Shown: positions 13,469 through 23,125 of the stretch, in pieces
How the letters are laid out: each line of letters starts with the position of its first letter
Position numbering within the stretch: the first letter of the stretch is position 1
From: an uncultured delta proteobacterium
Lineage (GTDB): Bacteria; Myxococcota_A; UBA9160; SZUA-336
Assembly (NCBI GenBank): GCA_963704165.1
Contig: CAVPHD010000003.1
Span: 128,001 to 192,000 of the forward strand
Length of the DNA stretch: 64,000 bases
Direction: 5' to 3'
Position numbers and translations under genes: made by a program
Notes under the pieces: model-generated
Databases searched by the model: none
Seen by the model: only the letters and a program-made list of their open reading frames with translations
Told to the model about the DNA's origin: nothing

Positions 13469-14632
13469 GTGAAACGGATCGCGCTGGGAATCGTCGCGAT
13501 CGTGCTGCTGTTCGCACGTGGAGGCTCGCCCGTCGCGGCGGAGCTCCACGTCGCGACGACCGGCGACGACCGCTTCTCGGGAAGCGAAGCGACGCCGTAC
13601 CGGACGATCCGACGAGCTCTCGACGTCGCGAGCCGCGGCGACACGATCCTTCTGCACGCCGGCACGTACGAGGAGCGCATCAGCACGCAGGACGGCCCCA
13701 TCCGCGGCGGCCAGTCCTGGGCGGACGCGCTGACGATCGCCGCGATCCCCGGCGAGGCCGTCGTGCTCCAGCCGCCGGCGGGCTCGACCCGCGTCGTCAT
13801 GCTCGCCGACCCGATCGCGAGCTTCATCGTCTTCCGCGGACTCGTGCTCGATGCGAGCCGGGTTTCGCACGAGGCCGTGAAGATCACCTGGACGACATTC
13901 GGACCGAGCAACGGCTCGCATCACATCCGCATCGAGGACTCCGAGGTGATGAACGCCCCCGGGCAGGGTCTGCTGGTCGGCGGACACCACAACGAGTTCG
14001 TGCGGTTGCGCGTGCACGACAACGGGCGCACCGACCTCGAGCACGGTCTGTACATCACCGGCCCCGACAACCTCGTGGACGGCTGCGAGGTATACCGCAA
14101 TGCCGGCTGGGGGGTACATCTCTACAACGGAGATGCGAACGACGTCGATCGCAACGTCATTCGCAACAACCGCATTCGCGACAACGCGCGCGTCGGCCGG
14201 CGCGGCGCGGGGATCGTCCTCTCGAGCGGCAGGGACAACATCGCCTTCAACAACGTGATCTTCGGGAACCAACTCGGCATCCAGGTCGCGGCCAAGGGCG
14301 TGCGATCGCGCGTGTACAACAACACGATCTTCGCCCAGACGAGCGCGGGCATCGAGGTGGACGACGGCGCCGTGGACTCCGACATCCGAAACAATTTGGT
14401 GTTCGGAAATGCGTCGGGCATCAAGGACGCGGGCAAGGGCACCGCGATCTCGTCGAACCTGGTGAACGTCGACCCCGGCGTGGTCGATGCCTCTGGATTC
14501 GACGTGCGGCTCACGTCCACGAGCGCGGCGGTCGACAAGGGCGAATCGCTCGATGCGGTCGCGACCGATCACGATCGCCGGCCGCGACCCCAGGGCGCGG
14601 GCTACGACATCGGCGCGTACGAGGCGCGCTGA
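13469..14632 (+). CDS. Secreted right-handed parallel beta-helix protein (DUF1565-like N-terminus, DIGAYE-type C-terminal motif)
   Basis: Signal peptide; HVATTGDDRFSGSEATPYRTI; Asn/Ile ladder repeats; terminal RPQGAGYDIGAYE. Confidence 0.85.
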   Translation: MKRIALGIVAIVLLFARGGSPVAAELHVATTGDDRFSGSEATPYRTIRRALDVASRGDTILLHAGTYEERISTQDGPIRGGQSWADALTIAAIPGEAVVLQPPAGSTRVVMLADPIASFIVFRGLVLDASRVSHEAVKITWTTFGPSNGSHHIRIEDSEVMNAPGQGLLVGGHHNEFVRLRVHDNGRTDLEHGLYITGPDNLVDGCEVYRNAGWGVHLYNGDANDVDRNVIRNNRIRDNARVGRRGAGIVLSSGRDNIAFNNVIFGNQLGIQVAAKGVRSRVYNNTIFAQTSAGIEVDDGAVDSDIRNNLVFGNASGIKDAGKGTAISSNLVNVDPGVVDASGFDVRLTSTSAAVDKGESLDAVATDHDRRPRPQGAGYDIGAYEAR

Positions 14633-14636
14633 ACGG

Positions 14637-15461
14637 TCACTTCGGAGCTCCTCGGCGGCGCACGCCGATCACGTTCGGAATCGGCCACGCGGAGGCCTTG
14701 GTCCTGCTCGCCGACGACCCCTCCGCTCCCTCGAAGAGCTCGAGCTCGACGTCGCCGGCCTTCAGGTAGAGCTGCGCGAGGCGTCCGCCCTCGAGGTGCT
14801 GCGCGGCGACGATTCCGATCCCGGACGAGAGCAGCACGCGCACGAAGTCCTGCATCGAGGTCGGAGTTCCCGCGTAGATGAACAGGATCCGACCGGCCTC
14901 GTCTTCGCCGAGCGCCGCCTCGCTCCATCGCTCGTTCTTCGCGCTCCAGCGGTTCAACCCGGGACGCTTGATCAGCCGGAGATTCTGAACGAGCGAGGCG
15001 TACTCCTCTCGGAGGCTCGCGATCGTGACGCCGGACTCGTCGAGGTCGAAGATCCGGAACGGCGGACGTTTCGCGCCTTCGCGCGGGTCGAAGGCCGCCA
15101 CCGACTGGTACGAGTTGATTCGGCGGCTCTCGACCTTGCCTCGGAACTCGGTGTATCCGACGTGCGTTTTGTAGTCCTCGCCGAACATCCCCGCGTTGAT
15201 CGCGAGCGCGAGGTCGTGACCCTCGGCCCATTCCCGCGCCGTGAGTCCCGTCGATTCGCCCGTGCTGCTCTGGCCGACGAGCGCGAGCTCGAAGGACTCC
15301 GGATCGACGCGCACGACGACGATCCGAGCGGCTTCGGGCTCGGCCGACTGCGCAGGAGCGACCCGCGTCAGCTCCACTCCGGGCGCGATCGGTTTCCATT
15401 CGGCGGGGGTTCCGCTCGCGTCGCCCGCGACGAGCCCGAGAAGAACGGCAAAGAGCAACAT
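14637..15461 (-). CDS. Phosphodiester glycosidase (NAGPA/DUF2233-like) family exported protein
   Basis: Signal peptide MLLFAVLLGLVAG; AINAGMF, HLEGG and terminal WPIPNVIGV motifs. Confidence 0.7.
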   Translation of the reverse strand: MLLFAVLLGLVAGDASGTPAEWKPIAPGVELTRVAPAQSAEPEAARIVVVRVDPESFELALVGQSSTGESTGLTAREWAEGHDLALAINAGMFGEDYKTHVGYTEFRGKVESRRINSYQSVAAFDPREGAKRPPFRIFDLDESGVTIASLREEYASLVQNLRLIKRPGLNRWSAKNERWSEAALGEDEAGRILFIYAGTPTSMQDFVRVLLSSGIGIVAAQHLEGGRLAQLYLKAGDVELELFEGAEGSSASRTKASAWPIPNVIGVRRRGAPK

Positions 15462-15493
15462 CGGCGCTTCCTCTCGCGTCGTCGGAGCGGAAT

Positions 15494-16435
15494 TCAGAGG
15501 TAGCGCCCGCTCGAGACCGGAAGCCTTCCGGTCGCCTTCTTGAAGCGATCGACCTCGGCCAGCAGGTCCTCCGTCGTCACCACGCCGGGCTTGTCGTCGG
15601 CCGCTTCGCAACGCGCTTTGCGGCGCAGCACCGCGTGCACCAGACGCACCCAGTTCCCGATCGACGATTCGCGGTTCTGCTCGACCACGCGGATCCAGTC
15701 GATGCTCTCGAAGAGCGTGCGTCCCGCGCGCTTCTCCGCCGCCGTCGCGTGGAGACCGACCGCCGCGATCACATCGCCTGGCACGGTCGGAATCACCGAG
15801 ACGATGCGCTCGAAGCGACCCGGCTCGAAGTAGATCGGAGAGAGCGTGTCGGGCCGACTGGTCGAAGCGAGCATCAGCGTGGACGTGACGCCGATCGTCA
15901 CGTCGATCAGCTCGAGCAGGAAATCACCGAGCAGCGTCGCCGGAAGGTCCGGGCGCGGCCCGCCGAGCGACGGGTCGTGCGCGAAGTCGAGCTCGTCGAA
16001 GTAGACGGTGATGCGCTTGATCTCGCCGAGTGTGTCCTGCCACGCCTGCAAGAGGTCCCCGACCTTCCCGCCCGCGTGCAGGATCTGCAGCGCGAGACGC
16101 GGGCTGCGAATGGCCAGAAACGGGGTCTCCGTGCGCGTGGCGAGCGCTTCTGCGAGCAGCGTCTTGCCCGAGCCGTTCGGACCGATCAGGAGCAGGCCCG
16201 AGGGCGGGAACGTGCCCCAGCGCTCGTAGACATCGGGGTCGGTCGCAGCGCACGCGTAGGTGAGCAGCTCGTCCTTCGCCTCGTCGAGTCCGCCGATGTC
16301 GCCAAAGTCGATCGCCGGCGACGGACTGAAGTCGCACGACTTCGCGACCGGCGGAAACTTCCGCACGAATGGCTCCCACAAGTTGGCGGCTCGCTTTCGC
16401 TCGATCTCGTTCATCTCTCTCGTCACCTCGCCCAT
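15494..16435 (-). CDS. Single-module AAA+ ATPase (classical clade, divergent)
   Basis: FGDIGGLDEAKDEL, Walker A GPNGSGKT, Walker B VYFDELD, SRH-like STSRPDTLSPIYFEPGRFER. Confidence 0.85.
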   Translation of the reverse strand: MGEVTREMNEIERKRAANLWEPFVRKFPPVAKSCDFSPSPAIDFGDIGGLDEAKDELLTYACAATDPDVYERWGTFPPSGLLLIGPNGSGKTLLAEALATRTETPFLAIRSPRLALQILHAGGKVGDLLQAWQDTLGEIKRITVYFDELDFAHDPSLGGPRPDLPATLLGDFLLELIDVTIGVTSTLMLASTSRPDTLSPIYFEPGRFERIVSVIPTVPGDVIAAVGLHATAAEKRAGRTLFESIDWIRVVEQNRESSIGNWVRLVHAVLRRKARCEAADDKPGVVTTEDLLAEVDRFKKATGRLPVSSGRYL

Positions 16436-16495
16436 CCATTCTAGGCTTTGCCGGCCAGGCTTGTGCCTCCGATCCGCGTGGGGCACGGTGAACGA

Positions 16496-17737
16496 ATGAC
16501 GGACACCTCACCGGCTCTGGCGTTGCTCGTCGGCGGCGGCCCGGCACCCGGGATCAACGGCGTGATCTCGGCCGCCACGATCGAGGCGCGAAATCGCGGC
16601 GTGCGCGTGGTCGGCGTGCTCGACGGCTTCCAGCACCTCGCCGAGGGCGATACCTCGAAGATCATGCCGCTCGAGATCCGCGACGTCTCGCGGATCCACT
16701 TCCGCGGCGGCTCGATCCTGCGGACCTCGCGCGCCAACCCGACCAAGGAGGCGCGAAAGCTCGAGAACGTGGTCGCCGCGCTGCGCGCGCTGAACGTCCG
16801 ACGGCTCATCACGATCGGCGGCGACGACACCGCGTTCTCCGCCAGCCGCGTCGCCGAGCAGGCGGGTGGCGCTCTCTCGGTCGTGCACGTCCCGAAGACG
16901 ATCGACAACGACCTGCCGCTCCCGGGCGGGATCGTCACGTTCGGCTTCGAAACGGCGCGACACGTCGGTGTGTCGCTGGTCGAGACGATCATGGAGGACG
17001 CGCGCGCGACGAGCCGCTGGTACCTGCTCGTCGCGATGGGCCGCAAGGCCGGCCACCTCGCGCTCGGCATCGGCAAGGCCGCCGGGGCGACGCTGACGCT
17101 GATTCCCGAGGAGTTCGCGGGCGAACGGCTCAAGCTCGCCCGCCTCGCGGACGTGATCGAGGGCTCGATCATCAAACGCCGCGCGCTCGGAGACGAGAAC
17201 GGGACGGTCGTCCTCGCCGAGGGCATCGCGGAGCTGCTCGACCCCGCCGACCTCGCGGGCATCGAGACCGCGGAGCGCGACGACCACGGCCACGTGCGGC
17301 TCTCCGAGCTGCCGCTCGGCAACGTGCTCAAGAACGAGCTCCGCAACCGCTTCGCCGCGCGCGGCATCTCGGTCAAGCTCGTCGCGAAGGACATCGGCTA
17401 CGAGCTGCGCTGCGCGGATCCGATCCCCTTCGACAGCGAGTACACGCGCGACCTCGGCTACGGAGCCGCGCGCACGATTCTCGAAGGCGGCGGCTCCTGC
17501 ATGATCACGCGGCAGAACGGCAAGATCGTCGCGATGCCGTTCGCCGACCTGATGGACGCGAAGAGCGGCCGCACGCGCGTGCGCCTGGTCGACATGCACT
17601 CCGAGTCCTACGCCGTCGCGCGCCAGTACATGATCCGGCTCGGCCCCGCGGACGTCGGCGACCCGCTCTGGCTGCAGACGCTCGCCGACGCGGGCCGGAC
17701 CACGCCCGCCGATCTGCGCGCGCGCTTCGGGCGATGA
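16496..17737 (+). CDS. pfp: Pyrophosphate-dependent 6-phosphofructokinase
   Basis: GGGPAPGING, TIGGDDT, HVPKTIDND, MGR and GYELR motifs; the GGDD Asp with PKTIDND Lys is the PPi-type signature. Confidence 0.9.
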   Translation: MTDTSPALALLVGGGPAPGINGVISAATIEARNRGVRVVGVLDGFQHLAEGDTSKIMPLEIRDVSRIHFRGGSILRTSRANPTKEARKLENVVAALRALNVRRLITIGGDDTAFSASRVAEQAGGALSVVHVPKTIDNDLPLPGGIVTFGFETARHVGVSLVETIMEDARATSRWYLLVAMGRKAGHLALGIGKAAGATLTLIPEEFAGERLKLARLADVIEGSIIKRRALGDENGTVVLAEGIAELLDPADLAGIETAERDDHGHVRLSELPLGNVLKNELRNRFAARGISVKLVAKDIGYELRCADPIPFDSEYTRDLGYGAARTILEGGGSCMITRQNGKIVAMPFADLMDAKSGRTRVRLVDMHSESYAVARQYMIRLGPADVGDPLWLQTLADAGRTTPADLRARFGR

Positions 17738-17753
17738 CGGACCGGATTCGGCT

Positions 17754-18614
17754 CTAGCGGGTGGCGATCGCTGCCCGCAGCCGCTGCCACTCCTCGAGGT
17801 AGCGCGCGAGGTGCGGCTTCCCGCCGCTCGTGCTCTCGTGCTCGATCAGCGCCTGCACGTGACCCTGCTCTCGCTCGTACGCGGCCGCCGAGAAGAAGCC
17901 CGCGAAGTGGGCCATGCGCAGCCAGACGAGATAGGTCGTGAGCGCGTCGAACTCGTTGTACGCGACGATCTCGGCGAGCCGCCCGCGGAGCCACAGGTCC
18001 GCGACGTCGTTGCCATCGATGCCGAGCTTTCCGGGGATGCCGGACTGGACGGCGAGCTCGTTCAGGGACGGGACGGACTTGCCCCAGCCGCCGAGGATCT
18101 CCTTCAAGTCGACGTTCCACTCGCTGCCGCGCGCGAAATAGTCGATCCCCTCCCAGGGCTTGTCGGGACGGCGCGCAAAGCCCGCGGCCTGCACGCCGAG
18201 GATGACACCGCGCTGGATCAGGATCTTGAGATCGGCGTCCTGCGAGTTGAAGCCGACCAGCTGCGGCCGGTGCTTCCCGACCGCTTCGAGAAACGTCCCG
18301 ACCAGGTTCGCCTCGCGCGCCTCGTCCTCGCTGCGCGGGTCTCTCGGCAGCGAGAGCAGCCGGAGCGTCGGCGCCTCGTCGTCGTTCTTCGCGTGCCGCT
18401 CTACGACGGCAATCGATACGATCCGGCACAGCACGGTCTTCAGGAACGGCGTCGGGTCGTCGTCGCTTCCCCCGCCGGCGCGCCACATCACTTCCATGAT
18501 CTCGCGCGGTGACTCGGTCTCCGGGGGAACACCGTGAAGGAGGCGCCCGGCGAGCGGATCGGGAATCCACTCCAGGTCGAATGCCCAGACGCGTTCCTTC
18601 ACGCTCTTGATCAC
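17754..18614 (-). CDS. PolB-related 3'-5' exonuclease (DnaQ-like superfamily)
   Basis: WAFDLEWIPD (ExoI), LVGFNSQDADL (ExoII), YNEFDALTTY (ExoIII); the GTG start overlaps the upstream stop. Confidence 0.85.
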   Translation of the reverse strand: MIKSVKERVWAFDLEWIPDPLAGRLLHGVPPETESPREIMEVMWRAGGGSDDDPTPFLKTVLCRIVSIAVVERHAKNDDEAPTLRLLSLPRDPRSEDEAREANLVGTFLEAVGKHRPQLVGFNSQDADLKILIQRGVILGVQAAGFARRPDKPWEGIDYFARGSEWNVDLKEILGGWGKSVPSLNELAVQSGIPGKLGIDGNDVADLWLRGRLAEIVAYNEFDALTTYLVWLRMAHFAGFFSAAAYEREQGHVQALIEHESTSGGKPHLARYLEEWQRLRAAIATR

Positions 18615-19171
18615 TTCAGGATGCCCTCGATCCGATCGAGCATCTCCTGCTCGTCCTTCGTCACGCGGTTCAGGCCGAGAAAGCCTCCCGCGGCGCGCGC
18701 GACCTTGCGCGTGCGATCGAGGATGTCCGTGCGCAGGGCGGCGTAGGCGGACTCCGACAGATTCCCGCGGAGCGCCTCGACGTAGCCGGTCCACGCGCCG
18801 ATCAGCTCGTCCCCGGGACGTTCGTCCAGCCACTTCTCGAGCAGCTCGTAGGCGGTGCTCCCCGGCGCCACGCCCTGCTCGTCGGCAGCGCGGAGAATCG
18901 CGCCGCGTTCGCGGTCCTGGAGCACGCCGTCGCGCCACGCCAGCAGGATCAGCGGCGCGAGCGCCAGGGCCGCCAGCGTCTCGGCCTCGACGCCCGCGGC
19001 GAGAAGGTTGTCGAGAACCTGCTCGTCCGAGATTCCGGTCTTGGACGCCAGACCTCGCTTCAGCTTCTCTGCCGCTTCCTTGGCGCGCAACTTGGCGAGC
19101 AGCTGATCGTTGTACTTGTTGAAGAACGCTTCTTCGAGCGCTCGCCGGCGCCGCTCCAGCTCATCGGACAT
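18611..19171 (-). CDS. Conserved helical protein, TerB-like C-terminal region
   Basis: MSDELERRRRALEEAFF...; TerB-like LAWRDGVLQDRERGAIL and VARAAGGFLGLNRVTKDEQEML; RBS AAGGAG upstream. Confidence 0.7.
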   Translation of the reverse strand: MSDELERRRRALEEAFFNKYNDQLLAKLRAKEAAEKLKRGLASKTGISDEQVLDNLLAAGVEAETLAALALAPLILLAWRDGVLQDRERGAILRAADEQGVAPGSTAYELLEKWLDERPGDELIGAWTGYVEALRGNLSESAYAALRTDILDRTRKVARAAGGFLGLNRVTKDEQEMLDRIEGILK

Positions 19172-19249
19172 GCAGGGATCTCCTTCGGTTCGCCCAACCA
19201 TGCCACGGGATCTCGCGACGGGCACCCCTCCTCGACGTAACCTATCGTC

Positions 19250-20107
19250 GTGAGTCGGACGATGAAGAAATCCGTGCGAATCCTTGGTTCGAGATCGCGG
19301 CGCGAGCGCGACCCGCTTGCGGAACGCCGCAGTCGGCTGGAGGGGCGTGTGCCCTATCTGGCGACCGTGCGCGCGCCGAACGAGCCACGCGAGAGTGTGG
19401 GCCCGAACGGCGTGCTCGAGGTCGCGACCTACAACGTCCACCGCTGGACCGGCCCGAGGGGCGGAACGGCCTGGGCTCCGGAGATGGCCGCGGAGGTGAT
19501 CGCAGAGCTCGACGCCGACGTGATCGCGCTCCAGGAGGTTCTGCGCCCGTTCGAGTCCGAGGATCCGCTCCTGGCGCTGGCCGACTCGTTGGGCCTCTAC
19601 CTGGCCTCGGTTTCGACCCGGGTGCACCGCCGCGGTGAGCTGGGAAACGCGATCCTCTCGCGCTGGCCGCTGACCTCGGTCTTCACGCTCGATCTCTCCG
19701 GCTCGCGCCTGGAACGCCGTTCCGCGATCGCTGCGCAGTTCGCGCGCGACGAGAATCACGTCTCGATCGTGGCCACCCACCTCGCGCTCGTCGATCGGAC
19801 ACGCGAGCGGCAGGTGCACCAGCTGCTCGACCACCCACAGCTGCAGGGGCCGACGGTCCTGCTCGGCGACATGAATGCCTGGCGCCGCTGCCCCGCGACG
19901 CGAAGGCTCGAGGACGAGCTGACGCAGCTGCACCACAACGAAGCCTGGCCTCCGACCTGGCCCGCGACACGGCCGGTTCTCGCGCTCGACCGCGTCTACG
20001 CCCGCGGCGTCCGGGTCGCGAAGGTTCGCACCCACCAGAGCACCGCGGCCCGTCGCGCCTCGGACCATCTTCCGGTGGTCGCGACGGTCGAGATCAAGTC
20101 GGAGTAG
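19250..20107 (+). CDS. Endonuclease/exonuclease/phosphatase (EEP) family protein
   Basis: VATYNVH, DVIALQEV, GNAILSRWP, ATHL, LLGDMN, LDRVY, ASDHLPV. Confidence 0.9.
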   Translation: MSRTMKKSVRILGSRSRRERDPLAERRSRLEGRVPYLATVRAPNEPRESVGPNGVLEVATYNVHRWTGPRGGTAWAPEMAAEVIAELDADVIALQEVLRPFESEDPLLALADSLGLYLASVSTRVHRRGELGNAILSRWPLTSVFTLDLSGSRLERRSAIAAQFARDENHVSIVATHLALVDRTRERQVHQLLDHPQLQGPTVLLGDMNAWRRCPATRRLEDELTQLHHNEAWPPTWPATRPVLALDRVYARGVRVAKVRTHQSTAARRASDHLPVVATVEIKSE

Positions 20108-20194
20108 ACCGGTTCCGCAGTTCGCATGTGGCTGATCGCCCCTCTCGCAGGCGCGAGCCAGTCCGCTACAACGCTCGACCAGGGGGAGATAGAC

Positions 20195-21373
20195 ATGTCG
20201 AGGTGCGTCGCTTCACTGATCCTCGCACTCGGGATTGCGGTCGCGCCGGGCGCATTCGCCGCCGCGGACGCCGATGCCCAAGAAGCGAATCGCCTGCGCG
20301 AGAGCATGCAGCAGGTCTTCGAGGCGCTCGCGCAGCTGCTTCCCGCGAGCCTCGATGACGATCGGTTCGCCTCGCCCGCCGAGCGGCCGAGGATCGAGGC
20401 CTGGCTGGCCACGCTGGCGGCGGCTTCGAGCGACATCGAGCGGCACACGGGAGCGCGCGACCCCGGCTTCGGCCAGATCTCCCGATCTCTCAACCGGGAC
20501 GTCGCCGAGATCCGCCAGCGCTATGCGCTCGGACGCACGGTCGAGGCGCAGTTCTACGTCTCGCAGCTGACCGAGAATTGTGTCGCCTGCCACTCCCGGC
20601 TGCCGAAGGCCCGCGACTTCCCGCTCGCGCAGAAGCTGACGAACGACGCCGTGGTGAAGACGCTCGAGCCGCGCCAGCTCGCCCGGCTCTACGTCGCGAC
20701 GCGGCAGTTCGACCCGGCGCTCGCGCTCTGGGAGAAGCGCTTCGCCGATCCGTCGCTGAAACCGGCCGAGCTCGACCTCGACGGCGAGGTTCTCTCGTAT
20801 CTGATCGTGAGCATCCGCGTGCAGCGCGACTTCGCCCGGGCGCGAAGCACGCTGCAGAAGCTGGCGACGCGGCCGGACATGCCGCGCTACCTGGCGACGG
20901 ACGTGCGGGCCTGGATCGCGCAGCTCGCCGAGGTCGAGGCATCGCCAAAGGACGACGCGACGCTCGCGAACGCCCGGGCGCAGCTCGAGAAGGGCCGCGC
21001 GCTCTCCGAGTTCCCCGCGGACCGCGCCGCGCTCGTCTACGACCTCTCGGCGTCGAGCGACCTGCACCGCCTGGTCGCACGCCACCCGACCTCGCGCGCG
21101 GAGCTGGCCGAGGCCTATTACCTGCTCGGCGCGATCGAAGCGCGGCTGGAACAGGGCAGCTGGGTCTCCGAGACCGAGCAGCACCTCGAGAGCTCGATCC
21201 GCACCGATCCCGGCGGGCCGTTCGCGGAGAAGGCCTACGTCGTGCTCGAGCAGTACACGGTGCTGGCCTTCGGCGGGGCGTCGGGCGCGACGGTGCCCGC
21301 CGACGTCGAGCAGCGCCTCGACGAGCTGCGAAAGCTCGTCGATTCGAGCCAGGCCGGAAAGGCCGGGCCGTGA
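20195..21373 (+). CDS. Periplasmic monoheme c-type cytochrome with helical/TPR-like C-terminal region
   Basis: RBS GGGGAG; signal peptide; single CVACH motif at the end of a helical N-terminal domain; TPR-like AEAYYLLGAIE. Confidence 0.75.
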   Translation: MSRCVASLILALGIAVAPGAFAAADADAQEANRLRESMQQVFEALAQLLPASLDDDRFASPAERPRIEAWLATLAAASSDIERHTGARDPGFGQISRSLNRDVAEIRQRYALGRTVEAQFYVSQLTENCVACHSRLPKARDFPLAQKLTNDAVVKTLEPRQLARLYVATRQFDPALALWEKRFADPSLKPAELDLDGEVLSYLIVSIRVQRDFARARSTLQKLATRPDMPRYLATDVRAWIAQLAEVEASPKDDATLANARAQLEKGRALSEFPADRAALVYDLSASSDLHRLVARHPTSRAELAEAYYLLGAIEARLEQGSWVSETEQHLESSIRTDPGGPFAEKAYVVLEQYTVLAFGGASGATVPADVEQRLDELRKLVDSSQAGKAGP

Positions 21374-22251
21374 GCACGCTCCTCGTCGCCACCGACTTCT
21401 CGAAGCACGCCGACCGAGCCCTCGAGCACGCGTGCGCACTCGCGAAGATCCTCGGGGCGAACGTCGAGCTCTTCACGTCGGCCTACATCCCCCCGTTCCT
21501 GATCGCGGCGGTCGCGACCGGGATGACGCCGAACTGGCTTCAGGAGGCGCGCGACCAGGCGTCGAAGCAGCTTGCTACCCTGGCTGCACGGCTCGGCACG
21601 GAGGGCGTGTCGGTTTCGACCTCGAGCTCGACGGACGAGCCGTCGATCGCGATCTGCGCGCGCGCCGACGAGATCGGCGCCGATCTGATCGCGACCGGAA
21701 CGCAGGGGCATACGGGCATCGCGCACGCGGTCTTCGGCAGCGTCGCGGAGCGGGTCGCGCGATTCGCACACAGCCCGGTGTTGACGGCACACGCGGACTC
21801 GCCCTCGCCGGGCGCGTACCGGCGGGTGCTGGTGCCGACCGATTTCTCGCAGGACGCGGACCTCGCGCTCGCATGGGCGCGACTCCTGGTGGAGCGGACC
21901 GGCGGCACGCTGATCGTCCAGCACAGCTGCGAAATGCCGCCGCTGCTCGCGAGCAGCGCGGAGCTCGCGCGCGCCTCGATCGAGACGTCGCTCGAGAGCG
22001 CCGCGCGGGAGAAGCTCGAGGGGATCCGCCGCTCGCTCGGGGAATGCGACTCCGAGACGATCGTCTCGCACGGACGCGCGGGTGCGGCGATTCTCGACGC
22101 CGCCGAGACCGCGAAGGCGGATCTGATCGTGATGGGCACGCGCGGCCGAACCGGGCTCGCGCACGTGCTGCTCGGCAGCACGGCCTCGGGTGTGCTGCGG
22201 CGATCGCGCCTGCCGGTCGTGACGCTGAAGACGCGACCGGATCCCGCCTAG
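21370..22251 (+). CDS. Tandem universal stress protein
   Basis: Two USP domains (LLVATDFS...DLIATGTQGHTG..GSVAERV; VLVPTDFS...DLIVMGTRGRTG..GSTA); GTGA overlap with the upstream gene. Confidence 0.92.
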   Translation: MSTLLVATDFSKHADRALEHACALAKILGANVELFTSAYIPPFLIAAVATGMTPNWLQEARDQASKQLATLAARLGTEGVSVSTSSSTDEPSIAICARADEIGADLIATGTQGHTGIAHAVFGSVAERVARFAHSPVLTAHADSPSPGAYRRVLVPTDFSQDADLALAWARLLVERTGGTLIVQHSCEMPPLLASSAELARASIETSLESAAREKLEGIRRSLGECDSETIVSHGRAGAAILDAAETAKADLIVMGTRGRTGLAHVLLGSTASGVLRRSRLPVVTLKTRPDPA

Positions 22252-22252
22252 A

Positions 22253-23125
22253 TCAGCCGAGCGCCACGGCCCACGCGAGCGCGACCACTGCGAGCGCGCA
22301 GAAGGCGAGCGCGGCCTGCGCGGGAGCGGGTGGACGGATCGACATCCCCCGCGCGGCGAGAAAGCCGAGCGCACTCCCTGCGACAAGACCCAGGACGTGC
22401 GCCATGAGATCGCTCCCGGCGCCCGTGCCGAGCATCGCGAGCAACCCGAGTCCGCCGGCGATCGGCAGCCAGGCCCGGTTCCAGCCGAGCTGCTGGCGTC
22501 GGCGACGCACGAACTCGGTGGCGGCGAGCGCACCGATCGCGCCAAAGAGCGCCGTGGACGCGCCCACCGAATGGTGTTGGGAGCCGTGCCAGTACGCGGT
22601 CAGAAGATTGCCCAGCGTTCCTGAGCCGAGCAGGATCCACACGCCCACGCCCAGGCCGAAGCGGCGCAGAAGAAGCGTTCCGAAGATCCCACACGAAAAT
22701 GCGTTGCCCAGAACGTGCGCGGCGTCGGAGTGCAGCGTGAGCGCGGTGACGGCGCGCCAGAACTCGCCATGGACGATCCTCCTCGCATCGGCCGTGCCGC
22801 GCTCGAAGTACGAGCTCGTCTCGCTCCACGGTCCGGTGAAGAGGAAGAACGCGGCGAGGGCGAGCCCGATCCAGATGCCCGCGTTCGTCGGCTCGTCGGG
22901 CTGAAGCGAGGGCGGCGATGGCTGCGGCTTCGCGTTCTCGCGCACCCAGCTCGCGAGCAACGCCTCGGCGCGGACGCGGTCGCTCTCGTCGATGGCGACC
23001 CAGAACGCGCCCTCGCTCGCGACGAGACCGTGAGGGATGCCCTCCGCTGCGAGCACGAGAGACCAGGATTCCGCCTGGGCGCGGCTGGATGCCGCGAGCC
23101 GGGCGTCGCGCCCGCTAGCCTCCAC
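22253..23125 (-). CDS. Rhomboid family intramembrane serine protease
   Basis: WRAVTALTLH..HVLGN, catalytic GAS (SVGASTALFG) and AHVLG His. Confidence 0.9.
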   Translation of the reverse strand: MEASGRDARLAASSRAQAESWSLVLAAEGIPHGLVASEGAFWVAIDESDRVRAEALLASWVRENAKPQPSPPSLQPDEPTNAGIWIGLALAAFFLFTGPWSETSSYFERGTADARRIVHGEFWRAVTALTLHSDAAHVLGNAFSCGIFGTLLLRRFGLGVGVWILLGSGTLGNLLTAYWHGSQHHSVGASTALFGAIGALAATEFVRRRRQQLGWNRAWLPIAGGLGLLAMLGTGAGSDLMAHVLGLVAGSALGFLAARGMSIRPPAPAQAALAFCALAVVALAWAVALG

